DNA of 64,000 nucleotides from an uncultured Chloroflexia bacterium (GCA_963752475.1 CAVVYR010000006.1:416001-480000), one strand, 5' to 3'. Shown: positions 1 through 10,194, counted from the stretch's first letter. Numbers and translations are program-made. Notes: a model not told the origin generated them from the letters alone.

Positions 1-560
1 AGGTCCGTGACGAGGCCGGCCGCGTCACCGAACGCCGGCTCAGACCGCGATGGTTCCGCCTGTCCTACCTGTGCACAGCCTGGACGCAACGCCCCGAGGA
101 CGAACACCGACTTCTCTCGGCCATGCTGAGCTGCTTCATCCGGCACGAGTCCTTGCCGATAGAGATGCTCGGTGGCGTCCTGGAGGGGACTGAGTTGCCG
201 GTCGTGCTGACAGCCGCGCTCCCGCCCTCACAGGACCGCTCCATCGCCGATGTGTGGTCGGCACTCGGCGGCGAGTTGAAACCGTCGATCGACCTCGTGG
301 TCACGGCCCCGTTGGACGTCCAACGCTCGCTCGAGGCCGGCCCACCGGTGCTCGAGGAGCCTGTTCTCAGCGTCATCCGCACTGATACCGGCTCCAAGTC
401 CAAGTCGCGGAGGAAGCGCAAGGTGCCATCGGCACGAGATAGCGGCATCGAGCCGGGTGAGCCGGGCACTCTGGCGGAGACCCGGCGAGCCGGGACGAAG
501 CGACAGCCTGGACGCACGCTTCGTTTGCGCGGTCTGTACGGAGACCGCACGAGCACATGA
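1..560 (+). CDS. DUF4255/Pvc16-family eCIS protein (5'-truncated by window edge)
   Basis: Frame is open from base 3: VRDEAGRVTERRLRPRWFRLSYLCTAWTQRPEDEHRLLSAML...ADVWSALGGELKPSIDLVVTAP, typical of Pvc16. Stop overlaps the ATPase start (ATGA at 557-560). Confidence 0.85.
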   Translation, partial: VRDEAGRVTERRLRPRWFRLSYLCTAWTQRPEDEHRLLSAMLSCFIRHESLPIEMLGGVLEGTELPVVLTAALPPSQDRSIADVWSALGGELKPSIDLVVTAPLDVQRSLEAGPPVLEEPVLSVIRTDTGSKSKSRRKRKVPSARDSGIEPGEPGTLAETRRAGTKRQPGRTLRLRGLYGDRTST

Positions 561-2680
561 CGACCGAGCCCGAGGCCTGCGTCGACCTTGAGCCATCACT
601 CGCACATCTGCTGATGGGCCTCGGGCGCATCGAGGGCCGGGTCACGCGTGCGGTCGAGCGCAGGAGAATCCGCGCCGGGGACGCCCTCGACCAGTTCAAG
701 GGGCTCTACATCTCCGAGAGCGACGTCGATCGCCTGCTCGATGATGATCACCGCGGGATCCTTGCGGAGGCTGATCGCGTCGTGCCATCCGACCCGGGTC
801 TGGAGCGATGGACCAAGCGCCACGACGATGCCGGTGACGATCTGAGACTGCTGCGCCTCACACGCCTGTTCGAGCTCACGCCCCTGGACGTGGAACTGCT
901 GCTCATCGCGGTTGCGCCGGATGTGGACGCTCGGTTCGAGCACCTGTATGGGTACCTGCAAGACGACATCACCCAGCGGCGAGCGAGCGCCGGCTTGGCC
1001 ATCGAGCTCGTCGGCTACCCCACGTGGTCGGCACAGGCTCGTTCACGGCTGACGCCCGGGGCCCCGCTTCGCACCGGTCAGCTGGTCGCGCTCGATGGTG
1101 ACGAGCGTCCATTCCTCACGAGAGCCCTGCGGGTCCCCGACCGCATCATCGCCTTCCTCCTTGGCAGCGACGCTCCCGATGCGCAGATCGCGCCCCTGCT
1201 CACCCAGTCGGTGGAGGTTGACTTGCCCGCCGCACGGGAACTCGCCGATGCCATCGATCGAGGCGCCAAGCTCGTCTACCTCGTCGATCGTGTCGGAGCA
1301 GCCTCGCGCTCGGTGGTGACCGAGGCCTTCAGCCTCCTGGGCCAGCCACTGCTTGCGCTCGACCTGACGCAGTCACGAGACGGGACGACGCTGGCCGAGG
1401 TGGCGAGCCTCGTCGTACGCGAGGTTCGGCTTCGCGGCGGAGGATCCTCCGTGGGGCCGGTAGAGGTCCTGAGCGACGCACCGGAAGCCATTCGCACGCT
1501 GGCGGATGGACCCCGGCCCACCGTGGTGATCGGTAGCGTGGCCTGGGAGCCGACTTGGTCTTCACGAGCACCGTTCATCCTGGATGCTCCGGTGCCCACC
1601 GCGGCCGAGCGCAGGGGCATCTGGCGTGGCGTCCTCGACGCGTCGGACGAGGCCTGCGATCCATCGTTGCCCGACCAGCTCTCCCCATTCTGGCTCACGC
1701 CGGATCAGATCGTGCGAGCGACATCGGCGGGCGTCACGAGGTCTCGCGCGGCAGGTCGATCCCTCGTCGTCGCCGACCTGCAAGCAGGCGCACGAGCGGA
1801 GAATGCAGCGGGGCTGGAGCGTCTTGCCCGACGGGTGGAGCCGAAGGTCACCTGGTCGCAACTCATCCTGCCTGACGACACGCTTGCCCAACTGCGCGAG
1901 CTAGCCGATCGGGCTCGCTTCCGCGACGTGGTCATCGACGAGTGGGACATGGGCGGGGGTGCCAGCCGCGGCCGCGGGGTGACCGGGCTCTTCGCTGGGG
2001 ATCCGGGCACCGGCAAGACGATGTCGGCTGAGGTGGTGGCGGCGGACCTGGGCCTGGATCTGTACGTCGTCGACCTCTCTACCGTGGTCGACAAGTACAT
2101 CGGCGAGACGGAGAAGAACCTCGATCGCATCTTCGATGCCGCCGACGGCATCAACGGGGTGCTCCTCTTCGACGAGGCCGATGCCTTGTTCGGCAAGCGC
2201 TCAGAGGTGAAGGACGCCCGTGATCGCTACGCCAATGTCGAGATCGCCTACCTGCTCCAGCGCATGGAGCGGTTCGACGGCTTGGCTGTCCTCACGACCA
2301 ACCTGCGTGCCAACCTCGACGAGGCCTTCGCTCGTCGCCTCGACGCGGTCGTCGACTTCGCCATGCCGGAGGAGGTCGATCGCCAGCGGCTCTGGGAGAT
2401 CCACCTACCACCGAGACTGCCGCAGGCAGACGACATCGATCTCGGCTTCCTCGCCGGCAGGTTCCGCATCTCGGGTGGGAACATCCGGAACATCTGTCTG
2501 GCCGCGGCATACTTCGCCGCCGAGGGAGGACGACCCGTGACGATGGCGGACCTGGTGCGTGGGACGGAGCGCGAGTATCGCAAGCTGGGCCGCATGACGG
2601 TAGAAGAGGAGTTCGGTCGCTACTTCGAGGTAATCCGTCGTCCGGCCAAGAACGACGTGCCACCCGTAGACGTCGCCTGA
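557..2680 (+). CDS. eCIS AAA+ ATPase (Afp15/Pvc15-like)
   Basis: Walker A GDPGTGKT, Walker B LLFDEAD, VVDKYIGETEKNL, DARDRYANVEIAYLLQRME. The N-terminus carries LYGYLQDD...R, seen in eCIS ATPases. Confidence 0.9.
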   Translation: MTTEPEACVDLEPSLAHLLMGLGRIEGRVTRAVERRRIRAGDALDQFKGLYISESDVDRLLDDDHRGILAEADRVVPSDPGLERWTKRHDDAGDDLRLLRLTRLFELTPLDVELLLIAVAPDVDARFEHLYGYLQDDITQRRASAGLAIELVGYPTWSAQARSRLTPGAPLRTGQLVALDGDERPFLTRALRVPDRIIAFLLGSDAPDAQIAPLLTQSVEVDLPAARELADAIDRGAKLVYLVDRVGAASRSVVTEAFSLLGQPLLALDLTQSRDGTTLAEVASLVVREVRLRGGGSSVGPVEVLSDAPEAIRTLADGPRPTVVIGSVAWEPTWSSRAPFILDAPVPTAAERRGIWRGVLDASDEACDPSLPDQLSPFWLTPDQIVRATSAGVTRSRAAGRSLVVADLQAGARAENAAGLERLARRVEPKVTWSQLILPDDTLAQLRELADRARFRDVVIDEWDMGGGASRGRGVTGLFAGDPGTGKTMSAEVVAADLGLDLYVVDLSTVVDKYIGETEKNLDRIFDAADGINGVLLFDEADALFGKRSEVKDARDRYANVEIAYLLQRMERFDGLAVLTTNLRANLDEAFARRLDAVVDFAMPEEVDRQRLWEIHLPPRLPQADDIDLGFLAGRFRISGGNIRNICLAAAYFAAEGGRPVTMADLVRGTEREYRKLGRMTVEEEFGRYFEVIRRPAKNDVPPVDVA

Positions 2681-2773
2681 CTGGCGAACGGTCAGCTGGG
2701 CGAGTCCGTGAACCGCGCGAGCGCTTCCTCCTGTGCGATGGGGCGTATCGGAACCGCGGCGGGTCAGGGATGC

Positions 2774-3400
2774 CTAGATGTAGCCCTCCCGGAGCGCAAA
2801 GGCGACAGCGTGCGTCCGGTTTCGCAGGTCGAAGCGACTGGTCACGTCATGGACGATGTTCTTGACCGTCCGCTCCGAGTAGTAGAGCCGACGACCCACT
2901 TCGGCAGTGTCATGGCCTTCAGCGAGCAGGCTGAGCACGGCGACCTCACGCTCGGTCAATCCGCTGAATGTCAGACCTCGTGGAGCCAGCACCCGGCGCT
3001 GCAGCCGACCGACCTGGTCCATGAACCGTCCCAGCAGATCCGCAGGCAGCGCGCCTTCGCCGAGAGCTACCGAGTGGATGGCGCGGACCAGAGCCTTGGT
3101 CGTCGCCTCCGAGCGCCGCAGGAGGCCGGCGATGCCGTTCTCGACGGCCAGCAGCATGCCGGTATCGTCGAGCCTGGAGACCACCAGCACGCTGCGCTCC
3201 ACCCCGTCTCGCCTCAGTCGACGGAGTTGCGTGGCAACATCCTGATCGACAGTCTCGGCGACGAGGATGGCAACGAGCGACGGGTCAGTTTCGGTGGCTT
3301 CCACGATCCGCACCGAGGGCTCCGCTCGAAGCTGGGACTCGATGCCGGCCTTCGAGAGTGGATCGTCTGTAGCGATGTAGACAGGAACGACGTCCGTCAT
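2774..3400 (-). CDS. LuxR/NarL-family regulator with atypical receiver domain (eCIS-associated)
   Basis: C-terminal LTEREVAVLSLLAEGHDTAEVGRRLYYSERTVKNIVH helix-turn-helix. Start is uncertain (ATG 3400 or 3437). Confidence 0.85.
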   Translation of the reverse strand: MTDVVPVYIATDDPLSKAGIESQLRAEPSVRIVEATETDPSLVAILVAETVDQDVATQLRRLRRDGVERSVLVVSRLDDTGMLLAVENGIAGLLRRSEATTKALVRAIHSVALGEGALPADLLGRFMDQVGRLQRRVLAPRGLTFSGLTEREVAVLSLLAEGHDTAEVGRRLYYSERTVKNIVHDVTSRFDLRNRTHAVAFALREGYI

Positions 3401-3555
3401 GGTCCTGAAGGCGGCGGCCCGGGATGACGGTGGCATGGCCAGCGACACGGCACCCTCCTTGCTGCGACTCGCTCGCGATACGGTCGCATACGGGGCTTTC
3501 GGCCGACTGAAGGAATCCTTAAGTCGACGTGTGTGCAGCGCTCGATGCTCGGCCG

Positions 3556-3582
3556 GGGCAGTCGACACTGCCCGAAAGCGCA
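3556..3582. promoter_or_regulatory. Putative operator: perfect palindrome GGGCAGT-CGAC-ACTGCCC overlapping a TGCCC-N4-GCGCA box
   Basis: Lies between the divergent luxR and RTX genes. The same box family recurs at 4806, 17956 and 21158. Confidence 0.5.
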
Positions 3583-4228
3583 ACGACAGGGGTTGTCAGC
3601 ACGACAGGGGTGTCTCCCGCTTGTCAGACGCGCGAGAATCGAGGCGCACGCAGTAAGGGGGAAGCCATGACCGACAGTACCCGACGGACCCTTGCCATCC
3701 TCGCCAGCGCGGCGTTGACCGCCTCGCTGGCGACAGCCACGCTCGCGTCAGATGTGGACGCCGCCAAGAGGAAGCCCGTCGTCAAGTGTGACGGCAAGGT
3801 AGCCACGAAGGTCGGAACCAAGCGGCCCGACGTCATCCGCGGCACCGCCAGGAAGGACGTCATCGCCGGGCTCGGGGGCAACGACATCATCCTCGGCCGT
3901 GGTGGCAACGACACCATCTGCGGTGGCGCGGGCAACGACCGCCTCGTGGGTGGCCCCGGCCACGACAAGCTCCTCGGCCAGACCGGGCGGGACCGCCTCT
4001 TCGGTGGTTCGGGCGTGGACAAGCTCTTCGGTGGCCAGCAGAACGACTTCCTTGCGGGCCAGGATGGTCCCGACGTCCTCGGTGGCGGAGCCGGCAGCGA
4101 CCGGCTCGACGGCGGCATCGGGGTCGACCTCTGCAGCCAGGGCACCGGACACGGTCCGATGGTGCGCTGCGAGCTGCCCCGGGCGGTGTTCGCGCCGCCG
4201 GCGCCACCGGCACCGACCGGCCCGACGC
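3579..4228 (+). repeat. 650-bp direct repeat, copy 1 (RTX gene promoter plus 5' coding half)
   Basis: Matches 8981-9630 at a constant offset of 5402. The overlapping ORF-track translations are identical in the shared segment. Confidence 0.95.
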
Positions 4229-4713
4229 TCCATGACCTCTCCGGCGTCCTCGCGATCGCGTATAGCGACATCGACGTCCTTCCGGGCTACAGCACTGGCG
4301 ACGTCCTCATCGCGAAGCTGCTGGACGCGCACCCTGATGGCCAGCCCGGGACCGGTGACGTCATCAAGATGGGCCGCTTCCCGAAGGACTACGCAGGTAC
4401 GGCATTCGGCGACTGGGGCGTCCATGATCACCACGTATCGAAGGATGCACTCCATCCCTCGGGAACACGTATCGAGGTCGCGTCCGACCACGGGATCCAC
4501 GCCTGGAACGCTCCCGTACAGCTTGAGGTCTACTGGGAGGTCGACACGGGCGGCTACACGAGCTTCGATGATGCCCATGGATTCCCTGGCGAGGATGTGA
4601 TCCAGACGTATGCGACCTCGCCCAGCAAGCCACCCAGCCCCAACCTCGGGGAGAAGGAGCCGCGAATGGGTGACGATCCCTTCGTGGATGTCGAGATCCT
4701 GTACACGCCGTAG
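3667..4713 (+). CDS. Secreted RTX/hemolysin-type Ca-binding repeat protein, variant C-terminus A
   Basis: Signal peptide MTDSTRRTLAILASAAL, repeated GGxGxD nonapeptides, Pro linker, and a C-domain ending MGDDPFVDVEILY. GGGGA RBS precedes the ATG at 3667. Confidence 0.85.
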   Translation: MTDSTRRTLAILASAALTASLATATLASDVDAAKRKPVVKCDGKVATKVGTKRPDVIRGTARKDVIAGLGGNDIILGRGGNDTICGGAGNDRLVGGPGHDKLLGQTGRDRLFGGSGVDKLFGGQQNDFLAGQDGPDVLGGGAGSDRLDGGIGVDLCSQGTGHGPMVRCELPRAVFAPPAPPAPTGPTLHDLSGVLAIAYSDIDVLPGYSTGDVLIAKLLDAHPDGQPGTGDVIKMGRFPKDYAGTAFGDWGVHDHHVSKDALHPSGTRIEVASDHGIHAWNAPVQLEVYWEVDTGGYTSFDDAHGFPGEDVIQTYATSPSKPPSPNLGEKEPRMGDDPFVDVEILYTP

Positions 4714-4805
4714 TGGCACGTCCGTGACCGCAGCGTCCTGCGCTGCCGTGCGCGACTGAGGCGACGCCTCAACGCGAGCCGCAACGGCAAGTCGAACCGT
4801 AGGAC

Positions 4806-4840
4806 TGCCCATCAAGGCAAGCCGGGATGCCCGTTGGCAG
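4806..4840. promoter_or_regulatory. Tandem TGCCC-N4-RGGCA boxes upstream of effector 1
   Basis: TGCCCATCAAGGCA-N8-TGCCCGTTGGCAG, followed by TATAAC at 4855-4860. Confidence 0.45.
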
Positions 4841-5714
4841 CGTCCCTTGCGGGGTATAACCACTCCATGGGCAAGGGTGTCGACAGAGGCGTGCACGAAC
4901 CGTCCTGCTCGAAGTCGACCGACCTGCCGAGCGGCGGGCGGAAACCGGTGACCGGAGCCGGTAGCAGCCGCGGGCGGCGGCCTGATCCCGCCGAAGCTAC
5001 CGTCGCTGGACTCGAGTGGGGCATCGGCAGCCGAGCGTTCGGCGCGTTGCTCGATGGGAGCGCTGCGGATCGCCTGCCCCCAGATGAAGCAGCCTCGCGT
5101 GTTCGCCCTCGGGCCGTGCCTGGGGTCCGGCCGGTCGGCACACCAGCGACCCCATTGCTGCTTGGCCTGCAGCGTTCCGCTGGCAATCGAGCAGTCGGGC
5201 AATACGTCCTGCGACAGGTTCCCAGGAGACGCGGGCAGCCGAACCTCAAGACGGGCATACCGGCCACGGCGAAGCGGATCGTCGAGGTACTGAGGGATCG
5301 GGCGCTCACTCGCAAGTCGCGTGATGTCATCCTGATGAAGGTCGATGGGTATCCGAGCCTGGCTGATCCTGACACAGGGAAGAGAGCTGTCGAGAAGTTC
5401 TACAACTACTACCTATGGCATAGCGGTGGTCGGCCGTTCGAGGTCGACGTGGCGGCGGCGATCAAGAGCGGCGCGCTGAGTCCAGATATCAAGACAAGGC
5501 TTCCGCACCTCTTCCCCGGCATCGCATCCGACATCAAGAGGAGGAAGGAGGTCAAGGTGCGGATCACGCTCCATTCCGATCACCTGTTTCGGTCCAATCC
5601 GATCAGTCGTTTCGGAGGTTTCCGATCACCCACCGGGTGAGGCCGTCACCGCCCTGACGTGAGGGTGCGAGGTTCCGTCACCGTGGCTCGGACGATTCAA
5701 CCGTTCGAGGAGCG

Positions 5715-7262
5715 ATGCCGGTGCCACGTCCCCGTTCCACCATGCGCAAGATCCGCGAGATCCTCCGCCTCGTCATCGGCGAGGGCCTCTCCCGCCGGCA
5801 GGCCGCCGCGGCCACCGGGTCGCCGTACTCCACGATCGCCGACCACCTCGGTCGCGCGCAGCGGGCCGGACTGGGCTGGCCGTTGCCCGAGGACATGGAC
5901 GATGCCGAGCTCGAGGCCCGCCTCTTCGCGAAGCCGGAGGCACCACCGGCCTCGAGCCGACCGCTGCCCGACTGGGCCACCGTGCACCGCGAGCTGCGGA
6001 AGAAGGGCGTGACCCTCCAGCTGCTGCACATGGAATACCGGGAGCGTCATCCCGACGGCTACGGGTATACCCAGTTCTGCCGGCACTATCGGACCTGGCA
6101 GGGCCACCTCGACCTGGTCATGCGCGGGGAGCACCGTGCCGGTGAGAAGCTCTTCGTCGACTTCGCCGGGATGACCCTGCCCATCACCGATCCGGAGACC
6201 GGCGAGGTCTGGCAGGCCGAGCTCTTCGTGGCTGTGCTCGGTGCGTCGAACCACACCTATGCCGAGGCCCTGCCCAGCCAGGCGCTGCCGCACTGGATCA
6301 GCGCCCACGTCCACGCCTTCGAGGCCTTCGGCGGCTGCCCCGCGATCATCGTGCCCGACAACCTTCGGTCGGGCGTGACCCGGCCCCACCGCTACGAACC
6401 CGACCTCAACCGGACCTACGCCGAGATGGCCGCCCATTACGGCTGTGCCATCATCCCCGCTCGCTCCGGGAAGCCGAGGGACAAGGCGAAGGCCGAACAG
6501 GGCGTCCTGCTCGCGGAGCGCTGGGTGCTGGCCGCCCTGCGCCAGCGCACGTTCTTCAGCCTCGCCGAGGCCAACACCGCGATCGTCGAACGCCTCGCCT
6601 GGCTCAACGCGCGGCCCTTCAGGAAGCTCCCGGGGTCACGCCGGACGATGTTCGAGACGCTCGACCGCCCCGCCCTGCGGCCACTGCCGTCCCACCCCTA
6701 CGAGTACGCCGAGTGGCGCACGGCCAAGGTCAACATCGACTACCACGTCGAGGTCGACCGCCACTGGTATTCCGTGCCCCACCAACTCGTCGGACAGCAG
6801 TGCGACATCCGCATCACCGTCGGGGTTGTCGAGGTGCTCCACCGCGGTCGCCGGGTGGCCAGCCACCGACGGAGCACGCGGCAGGGCCACTTCACGACCG
6901 AGCCGGCGCACATGCCCGAGGCCCATCGGCGCCATGCCGAGTGGACGCCGTCACGCATCGTCGCCTGGGCCGAGCGATCGGGGCCTGCCACGGGGGCGCT
7001 GGTGGCCGAGATCATGGCCAGCCGACCGCATCCCGAGCAGGGCTTCCGCTCGTGTCTGGGGATCATGCGCCTCGGCCGCCGCTATGGCGACGATCGCCTC
7101 GAGGCCGCGGCCACGCGGGCGCTGGCCATCCGCGCCCACTCCTATCGCAGCGTCGAGTCGATCCTCAAGGCCGGCCTCGACGGTGTGCCCCTGCCCGGTG
7201 ACGAGCCGGTCACGTCCATCGGCCATCACGCCAACGTGCGTGGCCCCGCCTACTACGAATGA
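5715..7262 (+). CDS. istA: IS21 transposase IstA
   Basis: N-terminal HTH (MRKIREILRL); DDE core FVDFAG...VPDNLRSGV...PRDKAKAE; ends HANVRGPAYYE. Confidence 0.95.
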   Translation: MPVPRPRSTMRKIREILRLVIGEGLSRRQAAAATGSPYSTIADHLGRAQRAGLGWPLPEDMDDAELEARLFAKPEAPPASSRPLPDWATVHRELRKKGVTLQLLHMEYRERHPDGYGYTQFCRHYRTWQGHLDLVMRGEHRAGEKLFVDFAGMTLPITDPETGEVWQAELFVAVLGASNHTYAEALPSQALPHWISAHVHAFEAFGGCPAIIVPDNLRSGVTRPHRYEPDLNRTYAEMAAHYGCAIIPARSGKPRDKAKAEQGVLLAERWVLAALRQRTFFSLAEANTAIVERLAWLNARPFRKLPGSRRTMFETLDRPALRPLPSHPYEYAEWRTAKVNIDYHVEVDRHWYSVPHQLVGQQCDIRITVGVVEVLHRGRRVASHRRSTRQGHFTTEPAHMPEAHRRHAEWTPSRIVAWAERSGPATGALVAEIMASRPHPEQGFRSCLGIMRLGRRYGDDRLEAAATRALAIRAHSYRSVESILKAGLDGVPLPGDEPVTSIGHHANVRGPAYYE

Positions 7263-7276
7263 GACAGGAGGTCCCC

Positions 7277-8104
7277 ATGCTCATCAACCCCACCCTCGAC
7301 AAGCTCCAGGCCTTATCCCTCGGCGGCATGGCCCGGGCCTTCGCGGAGCAGCTCGAGCGGCCCGACTATGCCGAGCTCTCCTTCGAGGAGCGCCTCGGGC
7401 TGCTCGTCGACCGGGAGGCCACCGATCGCGAGAACCGCCGCCTGGTCCGGCGCCTCAAGGCCGCCAAGCTGCGCAGCGATGCGGTCATCGAGGATCTCGA
7501 CTTCCGGGCTCCCCGGGGACTCGACCGGGCCACCGTCCTCTCGCTCGCGGAGAGCCACTGGGTCGAGGCCCACCGCAACGTGCTCGTCACCGGGCCCACC
7601 GGGGTGGGCAAGACGTTCCTCGCCTGTGCCCTCGCCCAGGCCGCCATCCGACATGGCCACACCGCGCTCTACCTACGGTTGCCGCGCCTGCTCGACGAGC
7701 TCGTGCTCGCGCGTGCCGATGGGCGGCTGCCGCGGCTCATGGCCGCCTGGGCCAAGGTCGGGGTGCTCGCGCTCGACGACCTCGGGCTGCAGCCGGTGCC
7801 CGCGGCCCGGGCGGCCGACCTGCTCGAGGTCATCGAGGACCGCTCGGGGTTGCGCTCGACAATCGTCACGAGCCAGTTGCCCGTGGCCCGCTGGCACGAG
7901 ACATTGGGCGAGCCCACCGTCGCCGATGCCATCCTCGACCGGCTCGTCCACGACGCCTATCGCCTCGAGTTGCAGGGTGCCTCGATGCGACGGTCCGAGG
8001 CCACTCCCGACGATGCTGCGGCGGCGGCCGAGCCGACGCCCGAACCGGACTCGACCGACCAGGACGGACCGACACGGACGCGCAAGCGTCGGAGTGCCTC
8101 ATGA
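7277..8104 (+). CDS. istB: IS21 helper ATPase IstB
   Basis: GPTGVGKT, LALDDLG, TIVTSQLP, ADAILDRLVH. AGGAGG RBS precedes the ATG at 7277. Confidence 0.95.
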   Translation: MLINPTLDKLQALSLGGMARAFAEQLERPDYAELSFEERLGLLVDREATDRENRRLVRRLKAAKLRSDAVIEDLDFRAPRGLDRATVLSLAESHWVEAHRNVLVTGPTGVGKTFLACALAQAAIRHGHTALYLRLPRLLDELVLARADGRLPRLMAAWAKVGVLALDDLGLQPVPAARAADLLEVIEDRSGLRSTIVTSQLPVARWHETLGEPTVADAILDRLVHDAYRLELQGASMRRSEATPDDAAAAAEPTPEPDSTDQDGPTRTRKRRSAS

Positions 8105-8980
8105 GCTGCCTCGACCGGCATGCCAGACTACTCGGAGACAGACGAGAGGAGGTGAGTCCCAGGGGCTAGACCGAACTCTCACGTCGGCCGCGATGCGGCC
8201 CCCGACGGGGCTGATCGAAAACCCCGGACTGGCTGATCGGATTCAGCGGAATACGCAGTCAAGGCCGCGGTGGAGCGCTACCGAGCGTCCTTGCGCAAGC
8301 GGAAGAGCCTCTCAGGCACAGAGATGTTCCACGCCTGGATCGTCGAGAACTGGGACTGGTTCACCGCAACGAAGTACGTCCACAAGGGACGCCCGCCGAA
8401 GGATGGCCTGTTCTTCTCTGAGCCGACACGTGCGTTCGACTCGGTCGCGAGCCTGCGAAGGTGGCTTGAGCAGTTGCGAAGGGACTTCGACCGGAGCGCC
8501 CGGGTATGGCAGAGGTGGATGTTCGGCGAGGGTTCCGGTGGTGGGTCCGTCGCGGAACCAGTGACGGGCTACCAGCGCACGGCTCGATACATCGCCTTGG
8601 ACTCCAATACGAGAGTACGCGGCAAGCGGCCGAGCACGACCGACGCCTTCGGCAGACTGAAGGGCTACGACTTCGTGGCGCTCAGCGAGGCTCTCACCAA
8701 GAAGATCAACGCCGACCGGTATCACACCGCACGAGGCCGTGGACGCCACATCAAGAAGGTCCGCTGGCCGAAGGAGGAGATCTGGAAGCAGATCGACGAT
8801 CACATGAGGGCCCACTCCGTTCCCTATCCGGGATCTCGCTAGACGGCGTCGTCGCTTCTGGCGCCCGATCGGGCCCTGTCCGGGTCGCGGGTGGCGAGGT
8901 GCCTCCGTGGTCGTCGAGGCCGGCTCTGATGTCGCTCTGGCGCGGCTCCCATCCAGGCCTTCACCCGGATGACGTCTCCA

Positions 8981-9630
8981 CGCAACGACAGGGGTTGTCA
9001 GCACGACAGGGGTGTCTCCCGCTTGTCAGACGCGCGAGAATCGAGGCGCACGCAGTAAGGGGGAAGCCATGACCGACAGTACCCGACGGACCCTTGCCAT
9101 CCTCGCCAGCGCGGCGTTGACCGCCTCGCTGGCGACAGCCACGCTCGCGTCAGATGTGGACGCCGCCAAGAGGAAGCCCGTCGTCAAGTGTGACGGCAAG
9201 GTAGCCACGAAGGTCGGAACCAAGCGGCCCGACGTCATCCGCGGCACCGCCAGGAAGGACGTCATCGCCGGGCTCGGGGGCAACGACATCATCCTCGGCC
9301 GTGGTGGCAACGACACCATCTGCGGTGGCGCGGGCAACGACCGCCTCGTGGGTGGCCCCGGCCACGACAAGCTCCTCGGCCAGACCGGGCGGGACCGCCT
9401 CTTCGGTGGTTCGGGCGTGGACAAGCTCTTCGGTGGCCAGCAGAACGACTTCCTTGCGGGCCAGGATGGTCCCGACGTCCTCGGTGGCGGAGCCGGCAGC
9501 GACCGGCTCGACGGCGGCATCGGGGTCGACCTCTGCAGCCAGGGCACCGGACACGGTCCGATGGTGCGCTGCGAGCTGCCCCGGGCGGTGTTCGCGCCGC
9601 CGGCGCCACCGGCACCGACCGGCCCGACGC
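8981..9630 (+). repeat. 650-bp direct repeat, copy 2
   Basis: Matches 3579-4228. Confidence 0.95.
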
Positions 9631-10160
9631 CCGAGCCCAAGACCCTCGCTATCGCCTACTCCGACCTCGTGCGCGACCACCAGTACGGCATTGGTGACGT
9701 CATGATTAGCCAACTCCTCGACACCAACGGTGACGGCGTCCCCAGTACAGGCGACACGATCAAGATGGGTGCGTACCCGACCACGTTCGACCCGAGCCCT
9801 TCTGACTTCGCCGAGTGGGGGGTGACGTCCCATCTCGTCGACCTCGTGCAGCAGCGGCCGGGTTGGCTCCAGGTCGAGAGCTACGAGTTCGGACATCACG
9901 AGTGGCGAACGACTGCCGACAGCGACGCTGAGACATACGTCGAGAGGCGACTCGAAAGTGAGAGTTGGATAGAGGATGGTCACGGCTCGGAGTGGCCTAC
10001 CTACGACCGAGTCCGCCTCGACATCGGTACGGTCGGCAACCCTCAGGACCCCGGATCTCCGAGCCGGCCCACATCTGCCCACAACGAGTTGACCTGGGAA
10101 GGGATGGGTGACGACCCCTTCATCGACGTTGAGCTCTCCTATGGGAGTTCGGTCCTCTAG
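9069..10160 (+). CDS. Secreted RTX/hemolysin-type Ca-binding repeat protein, variant C-terminus B
   Basis: First 187 codons are identical to 3667-4713. The C-domain is a diverged homologue (LAIAYSD...TGDTIKMG...WGV...MGDDPFIDVELSY). Confidence 0.85.
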   Translation: MTDSTRRTLAILASAALTASLATATLASDVDAAKRKPVVKCDGKVATKVGTKRPDVIRGTARKDVIAGLGGNDIILGRGGNDTICGGAGNDRLVGGPGHDKLLGQTGRDRLFGGSGVDKLFGGQQNDFLAGQDGPDVLGGGAGSDRLDGGIGVDLCSQGTGHGPMVRCELPRAVFAPPAPPAPTGPTPEPKTLAIAYSDLVRDHQYGIGDVMISQLLDTNGDGVPSTGDTIKMGAYPTTFDPSPSDFAEWGVTSHLVDLVQQRPGWLQVESYEFGHHEWRTTADSDAETYVERRLESESWIEDGHGSEWPTYDRVRLDIGTVGNPQDPGSPSRPTSAHNELTWEGMGDDPFIDVELSYGSSVL

Positions 10161-10194
10161 TTGAGGCTAGCATCCACACGCCGGCCGAAGGAGA

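Larger units (their letters stand above)
5558..8257 (+). mobile_element. IS21-family insertion sequence, 2700 bp, 7-bp target duplication GTCAAGG
   Basis: IRL TGCGGATCACGCTCCATTCCGATCACC and IRR (reverse complement) TGCGTATTCCGCTGAATCCGATCAGCC. Internal CCGATCA repeats. GTCAAGG at 5551-5557 and 8258-8264. Confidence 0.95.
4891..8842 (+). pseudogene. Candidate eCIS effector 1 (QRxxGNxAV leader), interrupted by IS21
   Basis: LQRSAGNRAV at 5167-5196. Removing the IS and one TSD copy joins 4891-5557 in frame to 8265-8842 (..KRRKEVK-AAVERYRASL..), about 414 aa. Start is uncertain (4867 or 4891). Confidence 0.75.

Noticed and set aside
3579-9630. 650-bp repeat as a diversity-generating retroelement TR/VR pair
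   Set aside because: No adenine-specific mismatches were seen, the repeat covers the 5' rather than the 3' end of the gene, and there is no reverse transcriptase in the window.
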